A DNA stretch of 64,000 nt from Eledone cirrhosa (lineage: Eukaryota): assembly GCA_964016885.1 (NCBI GenBank), contig OZ024745.1, positions 30,876,001 to 30,940,000 on the forward strand. The letters are read 5' to 3'. The translations under genes were made by a program, and so were the position numbers. Numbering within the stretch: the stretch's first letter is position 1; each line of letters starts with the position of its first letter. The notes beneath the pieces were generated by a model that was not told where the DNA came from, did no database searches, and saw only the letters and a list, made by a program, of their open reading frames with translations. This document shows positions 39,887 through 53,524 of the stretch, in pieces.

Positions 39887-40499
39887 GTCCGGCCAATAGT
39901 GACCACAAGTAGCTTACCAGTGTGTTGATTGGTCAATCTCATGTCCGGCCAATAGTGACCACAAGTAGCTTACCAGTGTGTTGATTGGTCAATCTCATGT
40001 CTAGCCAGTAGTGACCACAAGTAGCTTACCAGTGTGTTGATTGGTCAATCTCATGTCTAGCCAGTAGTGACCACAAGTAGCTTACCAATGTGTTGATTGG
40101 TCAATCTCATGTCCGGCCAATAGTGACCACAGGCAGCTGGCCAGTGTATTGATTGGTCAATCTCATGTCTAGCCAATAGTGACCACAAGTAGCTTACCAG
40201 TGTGTTGATTGGTCAATCTCATGTCTAGCCAGTAGTGACCACAAGTAGCTTACCAGTGTGTTGATTGGTCAATCTCATGTCTAGCCAGTAGTGACCACAA
40301 GTAGCTTACCAGTGTGTTGATTGGTCAATCTCATGTCTAGCCAGTAGTGACCACAAGTAGCTTACCAGTGTGTTGATTGGTCAATCTCATGTCTAGCCAG
40401 TAGTGACCACAAGTAGCTTACCAGTGTGTTGATTGGTCAATCTCATGTCTAGCCAGTAGTGACCACAAGTAGCTTACCAGTGTGTTGATTGGTCAATCT
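39887..40499. repeat. 56-bp minisatellite, 11 units
   Basis: Unit GTCTAGCCAGTAGTGACCACAAGTAGCTTACCAGTGTGTTGATTGGTCAATCTCAT; no spacers. Confidence 0.97.
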
Positions 40500-40958
40500 T
40501 CTGGAGAATTTGTCCAGTTTTGCAAACTGTAGTTTAAAACAAACTGAGGTGATTTGTATACGTTGGTCTAGCTTTATTTGAACTCAAATCTAGCAAACCT
40601 ATACCGAAAGAGAATCCAGCCGTGATCATCACACCTTTATGTCTATCAAAGACCATATTAGTCAATGTGTTTTACCTCTTTGTTTTAAAACTATAATGGT
40701 AAGGGAAATTTGACTGCTATTGCTAGTATATCATGTCATCTCATAGAGGCTCCTTGTGGTAATAGTATATAATAGTTGTTTTGGTTGCGTTACAAATGTT
40801 GTAGAATCTATAACTGTCCAGTAGATATTATACCAAAAAAATGGTGTTACAGGATTTGTAGGCTGCAAATAAAACAAGCGATGAATTTAATCTTTTTTTT
40901 CGAGATCGATATATAAAATATTAGTCCTGTACCCCCCCCCCCCCTCTCTCACTCACTT

Positions 40959-40992
<34 letters not shown>

Positions 40993-41598
40993 CCCCACTC
41001 CCTCACTCCCTCCCTCTTTCTGAAATAAGAAATTGGCTTCGTTCAAAGCTGGGAACGAGTGATCTCTGCCAAGTTTAAACACGTCGTATATCACAACGAC
41101 GCCCCAATAACTCCACCAAGAGTTAAGGGCAAATAAATACATAAATAACGAAGTAGAGTATATTTAGATGTAATCCCTACTGAAAAGATCCAAATTGCAC
41201 TGGATTAATACATCTCATTTGTGTCGGGAGAATAGAGAAGGATATAGAACGTAGAAGAAAACCTTTTAAAACAATATTCTGTGAGGTAGCACCTTACACT
41301 CTCGGTGGAATCTCAGTGAAATCCCATTGCCTTCTTGAAAGAGTTTATGTATTTTTAGCTTTGTTCCGTCACATCATTAAAGACTGACAAATACATATTT
41401 CACGAACCAGATGTATTTTACTACCAAGATCCCCAAATATAATGTGTTAAAGGGACAGCTTGATATTTTATGTCTAAATATGTCACATTGCTTAGTGATA
41501 ATGTAATATAGAGCAAGGATAATTTGGGAATAAGTGTAGGTATATAACTGTAGTTACGCACATAACTGCCACACACACGCATATATATATATATATAC

Positions 41599-41636
<38 letters not shown>

Positions 41637-41866
41637 GTTTTTAGACTTTTTTTAGGAGAGGAAGTTATATAGAGGGAAGTTATATAGAGAATAAAGATGA
41701 GCAAGGATTTAAATTTAGTCATTTAACTGATTTGCGACCATTTCGTTAGACTAACTGGAATGGTCTTTGCCTTTATATGGTTGTATTATCAACTCATTTA
41801 AACTCTTATATATACACATAGATACATGCATATATATATTGAGAACTTCTCATACACATATATATA

Positions 41867-42035
41867 CGGCAGAGCTCTTGCCGTTTCAATAGCTAGTTCC
41901 TACACTCTGGAACTAGCTGTTGAAACGGCAAGAGCTCATAGTCATAGTCGGGTCCTGACTCTTTATAATATAACCATACTATATTACCCCAAGTATCGAG
42001 TACTCTGTTGAGTAATGGTCTAACCAGTTTCAAAC
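41867..42035. mobile_element. Family C-related foldback with 3' half hammerhead (related single-arm copies 44708-44835, 56600-56670)
   Basis: GAGCTCTTGCCGTTTCAATAGCTAGTTCC-loop-GGAACTAGCTGTTGAAACGGCAAGAGCTC. Confidence 0.75.
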
Positions 42036-42051
42036 TGAATCCATCAGGATT

Positions 42052-42552
<501 letters not shown>

Positions 42553-42683
42553 CTTAACTCTGTTTTCCGTTTATTTTTCACCGAAAGTAGTTTTTGAATG
42601 CATTTTCTCTTTTCATGATATCCGGATTACATTGAGTTCTTCATACGGATTGGACACTACCGTAAACTGTTGGTAGATTTTTC

Positions 42684-42718
<35 letters not shown>

Positions 42719-43336
42719 AATGAAAGAGTGGAAGAGGGGGTGAGAGGGAAGAGAGAGGGGGAGGAAGAGAGAATGAAAGGGTAATTGAGAGACATAGTTA
42801 GAGGGGAAGAGAGAAAAGAGAAAGTATGAGGGGTTTTTTTTATAGTTTTACGTGCAACAGCTTTGAACTACTTAATACTCGCACGGAAGTATGTAGAGAC
42901 AGACGTATGTGTGTATGTGTGTATGTGTGTGTGTGTCTGTGTTTAATTATAGTCATTTTTTCCATGGAAGATGACCAACATCCAATCAGATTAACATCCC
43001 ACCCGGTCATGAACACGTGACCATAGTATAGACTTATTGGTACAGTTACTGGGATATATTACATACAAGCATATATATATATGTGTGTAATTGTGTATGT
43101 AACTGTGTGTGTGTATGTGTGCGTGTGCATGTCTGTGTGTATGAAAGTGTGTGTGTAAGTATGTAAGTGTGCGGGTGTGTGTATCTATGTACTCTAGTAT
43201 TGTACTGATTACATATTAAATACCGTGTCAATCTGTAATTGAGAGTAGCAAGGGACAAGTTTTGCTATTTTAACTGTATGATGTCTAAATCATATTACAA
43301 GATATTTCACTCTGGCCTCACAAAACCATTAATATA

Positions 43337-43528
43337 CGAGGGTTGGCTGAAAAGTTCATAGGCTGACCAAAATACTCTCATGGAATGACCAAATGAGGTT
43401 TATTTCTCAACATAGCTCTGGAAAGAAACAATGCAGTTTTTGAAGAGTTAAAATTAATGCATGTAAGATATCACAGCTCTAGCATCGCTCCTTCATAGTC
43501 AGCCTATGGACTTTTCAGCCCACCCTAG
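43337..43528. mobile_element. Mariner-type MITE
   Basis: About 31-bp TIR CGAGGGTTGGCTGAAAAGTTCATAGGCTGAC / GTCAGCCTATGGACTTTTCAGCCCACCCTAG; TA TSD. Confidence 0.88.
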
Positions 43529-44675
43529 TATTTCCAAGTTTTTCCCAAACACCTCTTCAAAATGTACTTTGGCTATATTTACTAGTATGTCAATTGATTG
43601 CATAGAAACTCTCTCAATAGTTTATGTGTACTTTTTCTTGTATTCAGCATTGAATCAGTCTTGAAATATAACCTATTATCAAAAGTTTTATAGCCTTGAC
43701 TATCATGTCTCTTTGTATATCGAACACTACATTTCTCGATGTATTCATTCTTTTTTTAAGATATGGAGGTGTTATTTTGAGGGAGGTTTGGTTATTATTA
43801 CTAATAGGTCAAACGATGACGTAAAGACCTAAGTCTTTTTTATTGATTAATCAGGAAATAGGACAGTGCGCATGACCCATTTCATTGCCTCCTATAGAGA
43901 CGATATACACAAACCGGAAATCTTGTCAGATTGCTTGCACCTAACTGGTTTCCGTTAAAGATGAATTAAGTCCAAAGTAGGCGATGGTGAAATTTGAACT
44001 CAGAATGTAAAGAATCGCAATGAATACGGCAAGGCAGGCATTTTGTTCGATGTTCTAATGATTTCACCAGTCCATCGCCCCAGATTTATACCTTATTTAT
44101 CGAGTCTGGAAAAATGAAAAACAAATTTAACCTACCTCGGCACGATATGACTGGAACGCAAGAAGCCTGAATAAATACCACGAAGCATTTCGACCCATAT
44201 TCTAACTGTTCTGCTATAATTGGCAGCAGTCGTATCAAGATTCTGAACATGTTCTATCTAAGATGATTGATAACAATGTGCAACATGAGATTGCAAGACA
44301 AAGGAACAAACACATTACTCCCTACTGTTACGTCAGTGTTAAGACAATGCAACCAGTATTAAAAAGCTAACTAAAAATAATTATGCAGAGAGGAAAAACA
44401 ATATTTAAACACAGACTAATATTATTTTCATTTTTAATCAAGTGCAGGAGATATTTGTAGAGACGTTTCAGCCATATTGTGATCCTCATTAGCAAAGCAG
44501 AAATGTCACCACATTTACTGAAATAGAGAAGGAAAAATGACTAAACAAGTTAAAAAGTTTCTCCGTGTAGGAAAGTGAGATGCCATCAATACAGAGAGCA
44601 ATATTTAAGATAACTTTAACATATATAATATAGAGAGTATTTAAACGTTATATGAATGTCATCTTGACACTGTTG

Positions 44676-44708
<33 letters not shown>

Positions 44709-44955
44709 GAACTAGCTGCTGGTGAAACGACAAGAGCCCAGCAGTCGGGCCCTAACTCTTTCTAATATAGTCATACTCCACTAACACAAGTATCGAGTAC
44801 TCCGTTGAATAAGGGTCTAACTAGTTTAAAACTAGAGAGAGGAGAGAGAGAGGGAGAGAGAGAGAGAGAGGGGGGGAGAGAGAGAGAGAGAGAGAGAGAG
44901 AGGGATAGAGAGGGATAGAGAGAGAGAGAGGGGGAGAGATAGAGAGAGAGAGAGA

Positions 44956-45003
<48 letters not shown>

Positions 45004-45028
45004 TAGAGAGAGAGAGAGAGGGAGAGAT

Positions 45029-45073
<45 letters not shown>

Positions 45074-45100
45074 TGAGAGTGAGAGAGAGAGAGAGAGGGA

Positions 45101-45155
<55 letters not shown>

Positions 45156-45369
45156 GGGTATGGTAAGATTGCTATAGAAGTATTATCTATATTTATAGGA
45201 ATTAGGAGGGCGGGGATTCTACCTTACACATAAAATATTACAGTAACAGCAAAATATTCTTGATTAACATCGGTACGAGTTTCTTTAAACATCTGGACAA
45301 ATATTTGAATGGGCGAGTTTTTTCTTCTTTCCTTCTATCTTCCCCTAGCTATCTATCTGTCTGTCGGTT

Positions 45370-45416
<47 letters not shown>

Positions 45417-45802
45417 CTATCTATCTATCTATATCTATCTATCTATATATATATATATATATATTTCTATCTGTCTCTCTGATCTGAATAAAATATCAAT
45501 GGAAAATATGAAATCTTGAGGGAGTCATTCTAATTCCGAATACCAGAATGATTTCAAGATGGCTTAAGAAAACAAGCGCTGGAGATATTCAATTTCTTAG
45601 CGGATGGTGTGAAGTGGCTCAGAGTTATCACGTTCACACATATTTGTGATATTTCGTAACGCCGGTTATAATGTAAAATTTGTCTCTTAACCCTTCAACT
45701 GTGACGGCTTCAGCTGTGATATTTATACACGACATTAAGCTATTGTCTGCAACATGTGTAAAGAAAGCATTTTGTTAAATCAACAACAATATTAATAATT
45801 GT

Positions 45803-46165
45803 TGTTTCTACGTTTGGCACAAGGCCAGAAATTACTCAGTGCATTACTGGTACTTTATTTTATCGACCCCGTAAGGATGAAAAGCAAAGTTAACCTCGAC
45901 GGGATTTGAACTCAGACCGTAAAGGGACGTAACTATGCTAGAAAGCATGGCGTCCAACCCTCTACCGATACTGCCAATTCACCCAATATCGTTAGAGCGT
46001 CTGACACCATGCTTTGCAGCATATAGTTATGGCCCTTTGCGTTCTGAGTTCAAATCCTGCCAAGGTTAGCTTCGCCTTTCATCCTTAAGGGGTCGATAAA
46101 ATAAAACACCAGTAATGCACTGGGGTAGTTGCTCGCCTTGTGCCTAAAGTAGAAACAATTATTAT
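45803..46165. mobile_element. Head-to-head pair of tRNA-SINEs (minus 45803-45985, plus 45987-46165)
   Basis: Two diverged copies in opposite orientation with almost no spacer. Confidence 0.8.
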
Positions 46166-46625
46166 TAATAGTTTCTGATTAGGGTTTCTGAGCCGGAATA
46201 AATGCCACAAAACATTTTACTCAATGCTCTACCGACACAACCAATCCACCGCCTTAATAATACATTTTTCTACTTTTGGCACAAGGCCAGCAATTTGAAG
46301 GAAGGGAGAAAAAGTCGATTAAATCGACCGAGTGTGTTACTGGTACTTTATTTTATTGACCCGGTAAGGATGAAAGGCAAGGATAAACCTCGGTGGGATT
46401 TAAAGGTAAAACGTAAAGGGACGTAACTATATGGCACAAAACATGTTGTCCGATGCCCTAACAATTCTGTCAAATCACCGCCCAATAATAATATCTCTTA
46501 CAAAATATGTTGTATTTTGAAAGATAATTCTAACCCCCGTTGTTACCAAGGAAACTATATATGTAATTAGAAACTGAGATAATCAAATCCTCATTGCCAA
46601 TATATATTTCTATATACATATACTC

Positions 46626-46728
<103 letters not shown>

Positions 46729-47057
46729 CATACTCGTATGTACATATATATATTTATATATAGTAATAATAATAAATTTGAAGACTAAAATCCAAAGAGG
46801 GCTCGATAAGGATAAATATATATCAAATATATAAGAGCCGTAGAGAAAATATTTATTAAAATAACAGATTAAAGTTTAAGCAAAGAATCGCTGCTTTCAC
46901 CCTTAACGGGATCTTCTGAAACTCTGAGTTTCAGAATTTGCAGTATAGCAATATAAGGTTGTACTTACCAATGAAACGGTCGTAAATACCTGGATAAAAT
47001 CCTTTTCTTAATGCTTACCTGTGTTTTCTCTTTTATATATATATATATATATATATA

Positions 47058-47274
47058 AGAAAGGAATTGTGGTAAGGAACCAGATGGACCATAACGCACC
47101 AGAGTACTCAATACTTAGGGTAGTAGAGTGGGAAATAGGAACAAGTATGACCCCGACGGCAGAATTCAAGCCGTTTCGACGGCTATTTCTGGACTAAATT
47201 AAAATTGTAATTTAGTCCAGAAATAGCCGTCGAAACGGCTTGAGCTCTGCCGTCGGGGTCATACTTGTTCCTAT
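47058..47274. mobile_element. Family C foldback, best-preserved copy
   Basis: Arms 47135-47200 / about 47209-47274; contains AGCCGTC-GAAA-CGGC-TTGAGCTCT-GCCG-TC-GGGGTC; (TA)n on both sides. Confidence 0.88.
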
Positions 47275-47284
47275 ATATCTATAT

Positions 47285-47322
<38 letters not shown>

Positions 47323-47330
<8 letters not shown>

Positions 47331-47796
47331 ATACTTGGGGAGGGTCATATTGATTGTTGTAATACTATTGCCAGAACACACGGACTGTTTCGTTGGTTTT
47401 CGCTTCTACATCTTTTATATCTCCTTAGTTAATTCATTTGGCCATCAATGTTTATCATTGACTGACCAACGGTCAAAAATACAGATATAAATATATATAT
47501 ATATAGTCTAAGAAAGTTCTTTCGTTACACATCTGCAACATCATCAGTGGTACTATTATCATGTTTCCTCCTATTGTGTCGTGTTTACGCCATTTTTATT
47601 TTATCTATTTATTTATTTATTTATTTATTTATTTTTGTCTCCGTCTCTGCGTATGCGTTTGCGTGTGTGTATAGTGTTTGGCGTGTGTGTTCTGTTATTA
47701 TTTCTGGCAATAGTATTACAACAATATGACCCTCCCCAAGTATAATAATATTTGTTTCGACACACGATTTCATATCAAAAACCTCGCAAAACAAAT
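47323..47796. mobile_element. Non-coding PLE derivative related to the 51714-53990 element; degenerate hammerhead at 47505-47551 (minus)
   Basis: Inverted ends carrying ATGACCCTCCCCAAGTATAA; shared tail ACACACGATTTCA; minus strand CTGATGA-T-GTTGCA..TGTAAC-GAAA. Confidence 0.75.
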
Positions 47797-47827
47797 ATAT
47801 ATATATGTGTATATATATCTATGTATG

Positions 47828-47942
<115 letters not shown>

Positions 47943-47944
47943 AT

Positions 47945-48320
47945 ATGTAAAAGCCAAACTCGCTATCTTCAATTCGGTTTTCGTGCCAACCCTTATCTAT
48001 GGTCGTGAATTGGGTAACGAGTGGAAGAATACGATCGCGAATACAAGCAGCTGAAATGGGATTCCTCCGAAGGATCTTTGGAGTAACGTTATTCGATAGA
48101 GTTCATAGCTCGGAGATGAGAGAGTCACTCCAGGTAGAGCCGCTTGAGAGATCGCAGCTCCGATATTATGGGCATGTGGTTAGAATGTCTCAGGAAAGAA
48201 TCGCTGGACAGATTTTACAGGCAAAACCAGCCGCCAAGAGACCCAGGAGTAGACCCCGAGCAAAAGGGTTGGATAACATCCATGAGCTTGGCTGGTCACG
48301 CTTGGGGTTCCAGCCGGTTT
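47945..48320 (+). mobile_element. RTE LINE C-terminal fragment (different family)
   Basis: KAKLAIFNSVFVPTLIYG..W....RSRIQAAEMGFLRRI.GVT..DRV...SQLRYYGHVVRM. Confidence 0.88.
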
Positions 48321-48509
48321 GCCCCCTAAACTAACCAATATTTTCGTGAACTGGTTCATTAAACTAACCAGTTCACGAAAATACTAGTTAGTTTAACTAC
48401 AAAACAGTGAAAAGAAGTTAAACACATTAAGTTGAATAACTGTGAAAATAGAACAAACTTACAGGGGGGATGAACCACGCCTAGAAAGACTCAACAACAA
48501 AGATGATAA

Positions 48510-48915
48510 TAATTGTTTCTACTTTTGGCACAAGGCCAGCAATTATCCCAGTGCATTACTGGTACTTTATTTTATCGACCCCCGTAAGGATGAAAGGCAA
48601 AGTTAACCTCGGCGAGATTTGAACTCAGAACGTAAAGATAATAATAATTGTTTCTACTTTTGGCACAAGGCCAGCAATTATCCAGTGCATTACTGGTACT
48701 TTATTTTATCGACCCCCGTAAGGATGAAAGGCAAAGCTAACCTCGGCGTGGGTTGAAATTATAATAATAATAATCATTATTTCTTGTCCCTTTACGGTCT
48801 GAGTTCAAATCCCGCCGAGGTTGACTTTGCCTTTCATCCTTACGGGGTCGATAAAATAAAGTACCAGTAATGCACTGGATAATTGCTGGCCTTGTGCCAA
48901 AAGAAGAAACAATTA
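48510..48915. mobile_element. Cluster of three truncated tRNA-SINEs (two tandem on minus, one on plus)
   Basis: Central domain repeated three times, separated by (AAT)n. Confidence 0.85.
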
Positions 48916-49399
48916 TTTCTTTATTTATTTAATGATAATGATAATAAATCATAAAACCAGCCAAGCGTTTTACCCAGACATAATAATGGTTGACTAGGTG
49001 AGAAGAAACAACAAAACTAAAAACACGTAGGAAGTTAACTAACTTGTTTGTACTCTCCTGTTATTACGATGTATTTTAACGACCATGGATTGGCAGAATC
49101 GTTAGACCATCGGACATAAGCATACCAGTATTTATTCCAGCTCTTTACGTTCTCAGTTCAAATCCCGCGGTGGTCAACTTTGCCTTGCATCCTTTCGTGG
49201 TCGATGAAGTAAAGTACTAGTTAAGTACGGGAGTTGATAAGATAGACTTTCCCCTTGGCTGAAAATTGTGTTAATGCTGGGAAAATATTATTACTACGAA
49301 GTCTTATTAATAGTTCGTGTTAACTTGAAATGCTTTATGGGGTGTATCTATAAATAAGACATGGAGAAATAGTGTCACAGAGAGCCATAATGTTTTTAT

Positions 49400-49790
49400 T
49401 GAGTAGTAGTAGTAGCAGCAGTAGTAATAGTAGTAGTAACAGTAGTATTAGTAATAGCAGCAGCAACAGTAGTGGTAGTAGTAGCAGCAGCAGCAATAGT
49501 AGCAGAAGCAGCAGCAGCAGCAATAATAACAGTAGTAGTAGTAGTAGTAGTAGTAGTAGCAGCAGTAGTAATAGTAGTAGTAACAGTAGTATTAGTAATA
49601 GCAGCAGCAGCAATAGTAGTGGTAGTAGTAGCAGCAGCAGCAATAGTAGTAGAAGCAGCAGCAGCAGCAATAATAACAGTAGTAGTAGTAGTAGTAGCAG
49701 CAGCAGCAACAATAGTAGTGGTAGCAGCAGTAGTAGCAGCAGCAGTAGCAGCAGCAGCAGTAGTAGTAGTAGCAGCAGCAGTAGTAATCA
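49400..49790. repeat. (AGT/AGC)n triplet array with a higher-order internal duplication
   Basis: Block AGTAATAGTAGTAGTAACAGTAGTATTAGTAATAGC...AATAATAAC occurs twice. Confidence 0.9.
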
Positions 49791-49897
49791 GAAAACATTG
49801 TTATCTCCATCATTCGTATTTTTTTCTTCAATATCACGAATCATATTTAATGTAAGAAATAATGTAATAATACTGACACACCTCAATGTAGTTAGTG

Positions 49898-49934
<37 letters not shown>

Positions 49935-49937
<3 letters not shown>

Positions 49938-50085
49938 CGAAGGAAATGTGGTAAGGAACCAGGTGGACCATAACGCACCAAAGTACTCAATACTTAGGGT
50001 AGTAGAGTGGGTAATAGGAACGAATAGGACTCCGACGGCAAAGAATTAGTCCAGAATTAGCCGTCGAAACGGCCTGAGCTCAGCT
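49935..50085. mobile_element. Family C, collapsed foldback copy
   Basis: Left arm ends at GACTCCGACGGCA, then TTAGTCCAGAATTAGCCGTCGAAACGGC. Confidence 0.8.
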
Positions 50086-50276
50086 ATATATATATATATA
50101 TATATATATATGTGGGGCAATATCGAAGTAGAGTTTAAATATCCATTTATTATGGCTAAGCCTTGTTACTCTGGAGTCTCACCTGCGTACTCACCAGACA
50201 AGACTGGTGAATCCTGTGATTGCGCAGGTGAAACTTTAGAGTAGCAAAGCTCACCAATAGCCATAATAAATGAATG

Positions 50277-50310
<34 letters not shown>

Positions 50311-50558
50311 TTTTTTTGGATCGATCGACTTTCGTCAAATCGGACCTAGGAAACAATGTTTCCGTTGGTCTTTCCAATTGCTATTACTATCTATCGGTCG
50401 CAACTCCAGGTAGAAGGAGCAACGTGAAATAAAGTGTCTTGCTCAAGGACATAACGCATCGCCCGGTTCAGGAATCGAACTCACAACCTCAAGATTGTGA
50501 ATCCAATTCTCTAACCACTCTGCCACACGCCTTCACATATATATATATACATATATAC

Positions 50559-50684
<126 letters not shown>

Positions 50685-50934
50685 ATAAATTGGGTATAAT
50701 ACCAGTTTCTTACCAAATGCGAAGACGCTCGATATATTAATGGTGGAACTGGGAGAAGCCTCCAATAATTATATTTTCTCCCCAAACTATTAAAACACAC
50801 ATCTATTTGGGTATGCGCTACAATTTATGTACATGTTATGTTTATCGCATATCAAAGTTTTCTCACCATTGTCCAAATTTGGTTACCCCCCCCCCCCCTC
50901 CAATTCAGAAATGTTTCCACTGCCCCTGTATATA

Positions 50935-51125
50935 CGGTGATGAAATTCCGTTATAACGAAATTCATGGTATATAAAAAATATTCGTTGTAATGAAAAATT
51001 CTTTATAACGAGATCGACCGAAACAAATCGAGTGTTTGGTTGGTATTTCCTCAGAGATTGAAAAAATGTTGTCATATTGAAAAATTCGTTATAAAGGTAT
51101 TCGTTATAAAAAGGAATTTTACCTG
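50935..51125. mobile_element. Probable Tc1/pogo-type MITE
   Basis: Degenerate TIRs with repeated TTCGTTATAA; TA flanks. Confidence 0.5.
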
Positions 51126-51248
51126 TATATATATGATAATATAATATAATATAAAGATTGATGTTTTCATGCGCGGAAAGGCTATAAAATATCTTATGAA
51201 GTAAAGTGAAGACCCTTAGAGACGGATAAAGAAGTTTCCATCGGCATT

Positions 51249-51332
<84 letters not shown>

Positions 51333-51500
51333 GAGGTATCAAAAAGTATCAGATATGTTTGATTTAAGTGCTTCTCAATAAAAAGGCTCAATAGAGCTAT
51401 AATAATTCAAAATTTAAAGATATATATCTATATATCTCTCTATATATATATACATATATCTTTTAATTTTGAATTTATATATATATATATATATAGATAG

Positions 51501-51595
<95 letters not shown>

Positions 51596-51649
51596 ATATA
51601 TATATATAGAGCACTCTTTTTTCCTGGACTTTTCCGACGGAATTACTTC

Positions 51650-51721
<72 letters not shown>

Positions 51722-51879
51722 ATACTTTGGGAGGGTCATGTTGCCAATAAGAAACACACGCACCAGTTGCTTTCACTTCAATTTATTATATATTTATAAA
51801 TTTATAAATTTACAAATCTACAAATTTATAAATTTCTGGTTGGTTGGCTGGTTCCACAACCAGATAGTTGTTTATATAT

Positions 51880-51924
51880 AGTCATAGTCCTTTCGTCACA
51901 CACTCTGTGACCTCTTCAGTGACT
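51880..51924 (-). ncRNA. Hammerhead in the inverted left arm
   Basis: Reverse complement of 53729-53773. Confidence 0.8.
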
Positions 51925-51931
51925 GGGGAGA

Positions 51932-53524
51932 ATGATCAGCGAGAGCAAGGTTGAGTTCCGTGGGATTGATACCAGTGAGCTGGGACTTCTACTTAAGCTT
52001 ACCCATAGTAATAGTTACCTAGACACATATGACCTTAGCAACCTGTGCCCTACAAGACCAGCAAGAGGCAGACCACCTACCATTACCTCAATGGCCAAGA
52101 AAACCCACACAGATAGATGGAACGGGTGGACCAGAGCCATACGGACACCCGAAAACCACGATGAACTGAAGAAAATGATTGCACATGCGGTAGGGGCCAG
52201 CATAAAATTAACCCTTAAGGAACATATGTTCAAATTTAATGGAAAAACATATGCCCAAGAGGAAGGAGCAGCTATTGGTGTTAGCATTGCAGGCGACATA
52301 GCTAACTTATTCATGGTATGGTGGGACAGTAGACTTAAATTTAAACTTAAAGAACAATTAGAAGACAGCTTAACCCTGATAATGTACTCCCGCTACGTAG
52401 ATGATATAAACATCGTAGTTAAGATACCCCCACTAGAGAACAGTCAGGAACTAGAGAAAAACACAATGGAAAGCATCCAGCAAATAGCAAACTCCATCCA
52501 CCAGAGCATTAGAGTTACTATAGACTACCCAAGTAGACACCCCAACCATCGATTACCTGTACTAGACACAGAGCTCTGGTTAGATACCATTAACAACCAA
52601 AAACAAATCCTCCATTCCCATTATGCCAAACCCATGACTTCCAAACATCTGATCCACCGAAACTCGGCCATTTCGGACCATACCAAAATCAACATACTGA
52701 TTGCGGATTTGGTACGGGTGATGAGAAATGTGTCCCGCATGTGCAACCCCGAAGAACTAGAGAGACACATACAACACTTCATCCACCGTATGCAGTTCTC
52801 TGGCTACAATCAGAGAGATAGAATCAGAGTGTATAGAGGAGCCAGAACCAAATGGGAAAAAATGGTAAATAATGACATAAATGGGACCTGCCCCTTGTAT
52901 AGGAGCAACTTTTGGAATAGAATAGAAAGAACTAGGAACAAGGCCAATAGAATAAACTCATGGTATGATAGCAATAAATACCAGAGTGTAATGTTCATCG
53001 ATACAACCCCTAGAGGCGAACTAGCCTACAAATTTAGAAGGGCCCTAAATAAACATAAACTCAATATTAAGATAGTAGAAAGACCAGGTACCTCCGTAAA
53101 AACACTTATTAGCAAGACATACCCGTTCCAAAGACCCTCATGTATAGATAAGAAATGTATAACCTGTAAAATAAGCCCCCATATTAACTGTAAAACTAGA
53201 AATGTAGTGTATAGCATAAGATGTACTGAAGGACAATGTAGAAACAAAAATATAGTGTACATAGGTGAGACAGCTCGTAGTATAGGGGAACGGATAAATA
53301 AACACTGGCGAGACCTTCAAGATAATAAAGAATCATCTGTACTCTACCAACATGCTAAGATAGAACACAAGGGTAAATTAGAGAACATAGAAATAAAAAT
53401 AGAATCTACACACAGAAAAGATGCAATGTTTAGACAAATTACAGAGGCAATAAACATAAAAGAATTACAACCAAAATTAAATAAAAAATATGAGTGGAAC
53501 AGCAACATCACAACTTACAATTAA
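51932..53524 (+). CDS. PLE protein, C-terminal RT half plus GIY-YIG endonuclease (530 aa open)
   Basis: YAQEEGAAIG, RYVDDI, LPVLD, thumb domain, C-x4-C-x2-C linker, NVVYSIRC...YIGETARSIGERINKH...H...EAINI...P.LN; upstream RT motifs missing. Confidence 0.92.
   Translation: MISESKVEFRGIDTSELGLLLKLTHSNSYLDTYDLSNLCPTRPARGRPPTITSMAKKTHTDRWNGWTRAIRTPENHDELKKMIAHAVGASIKLTLKEHMFKFNGKTYAQEEGAAIGVSIAGDIANLFMVWWDSRLKFKLKEQLEDSLTLIMYSRYVDDINIVVKIPPLENSQELEKNTMESIQQIANSIHQSIRVTIDYPSRHPNHRLPVLDTELWLDTINNQKQILHSHYAKPMTSKHLIHRNSAISDHTKINILIADLVRVMRNVSRMCNPEELERHIQHFIHRMQFSGYNQRDRIRVYRGARTKWEKMVNNDINGTCPLYRSNFWNRIERTRNKANRINSWYDSNKYQSVMFIDTTPRGELAYKFRRALNKHKLNIKIVERPGTSVKTLISKTYPFQRPSCIDKKCITCKISPHINCKTRNVVYSIRCTEGQCRNKNIVYIGETARSIGERINKHWRDLQDNKESSVLYQHAKIEHKGKLENIEIKIESTHRKDAMFRQITEAINIKELQPKLNKKYEWNSNITTYN

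Noticed and set aside
39887-40499. CRISPR-like array
   Set aside because: Units are contiguous with no unique spacers, no cas genes, and the context is eukaryotic
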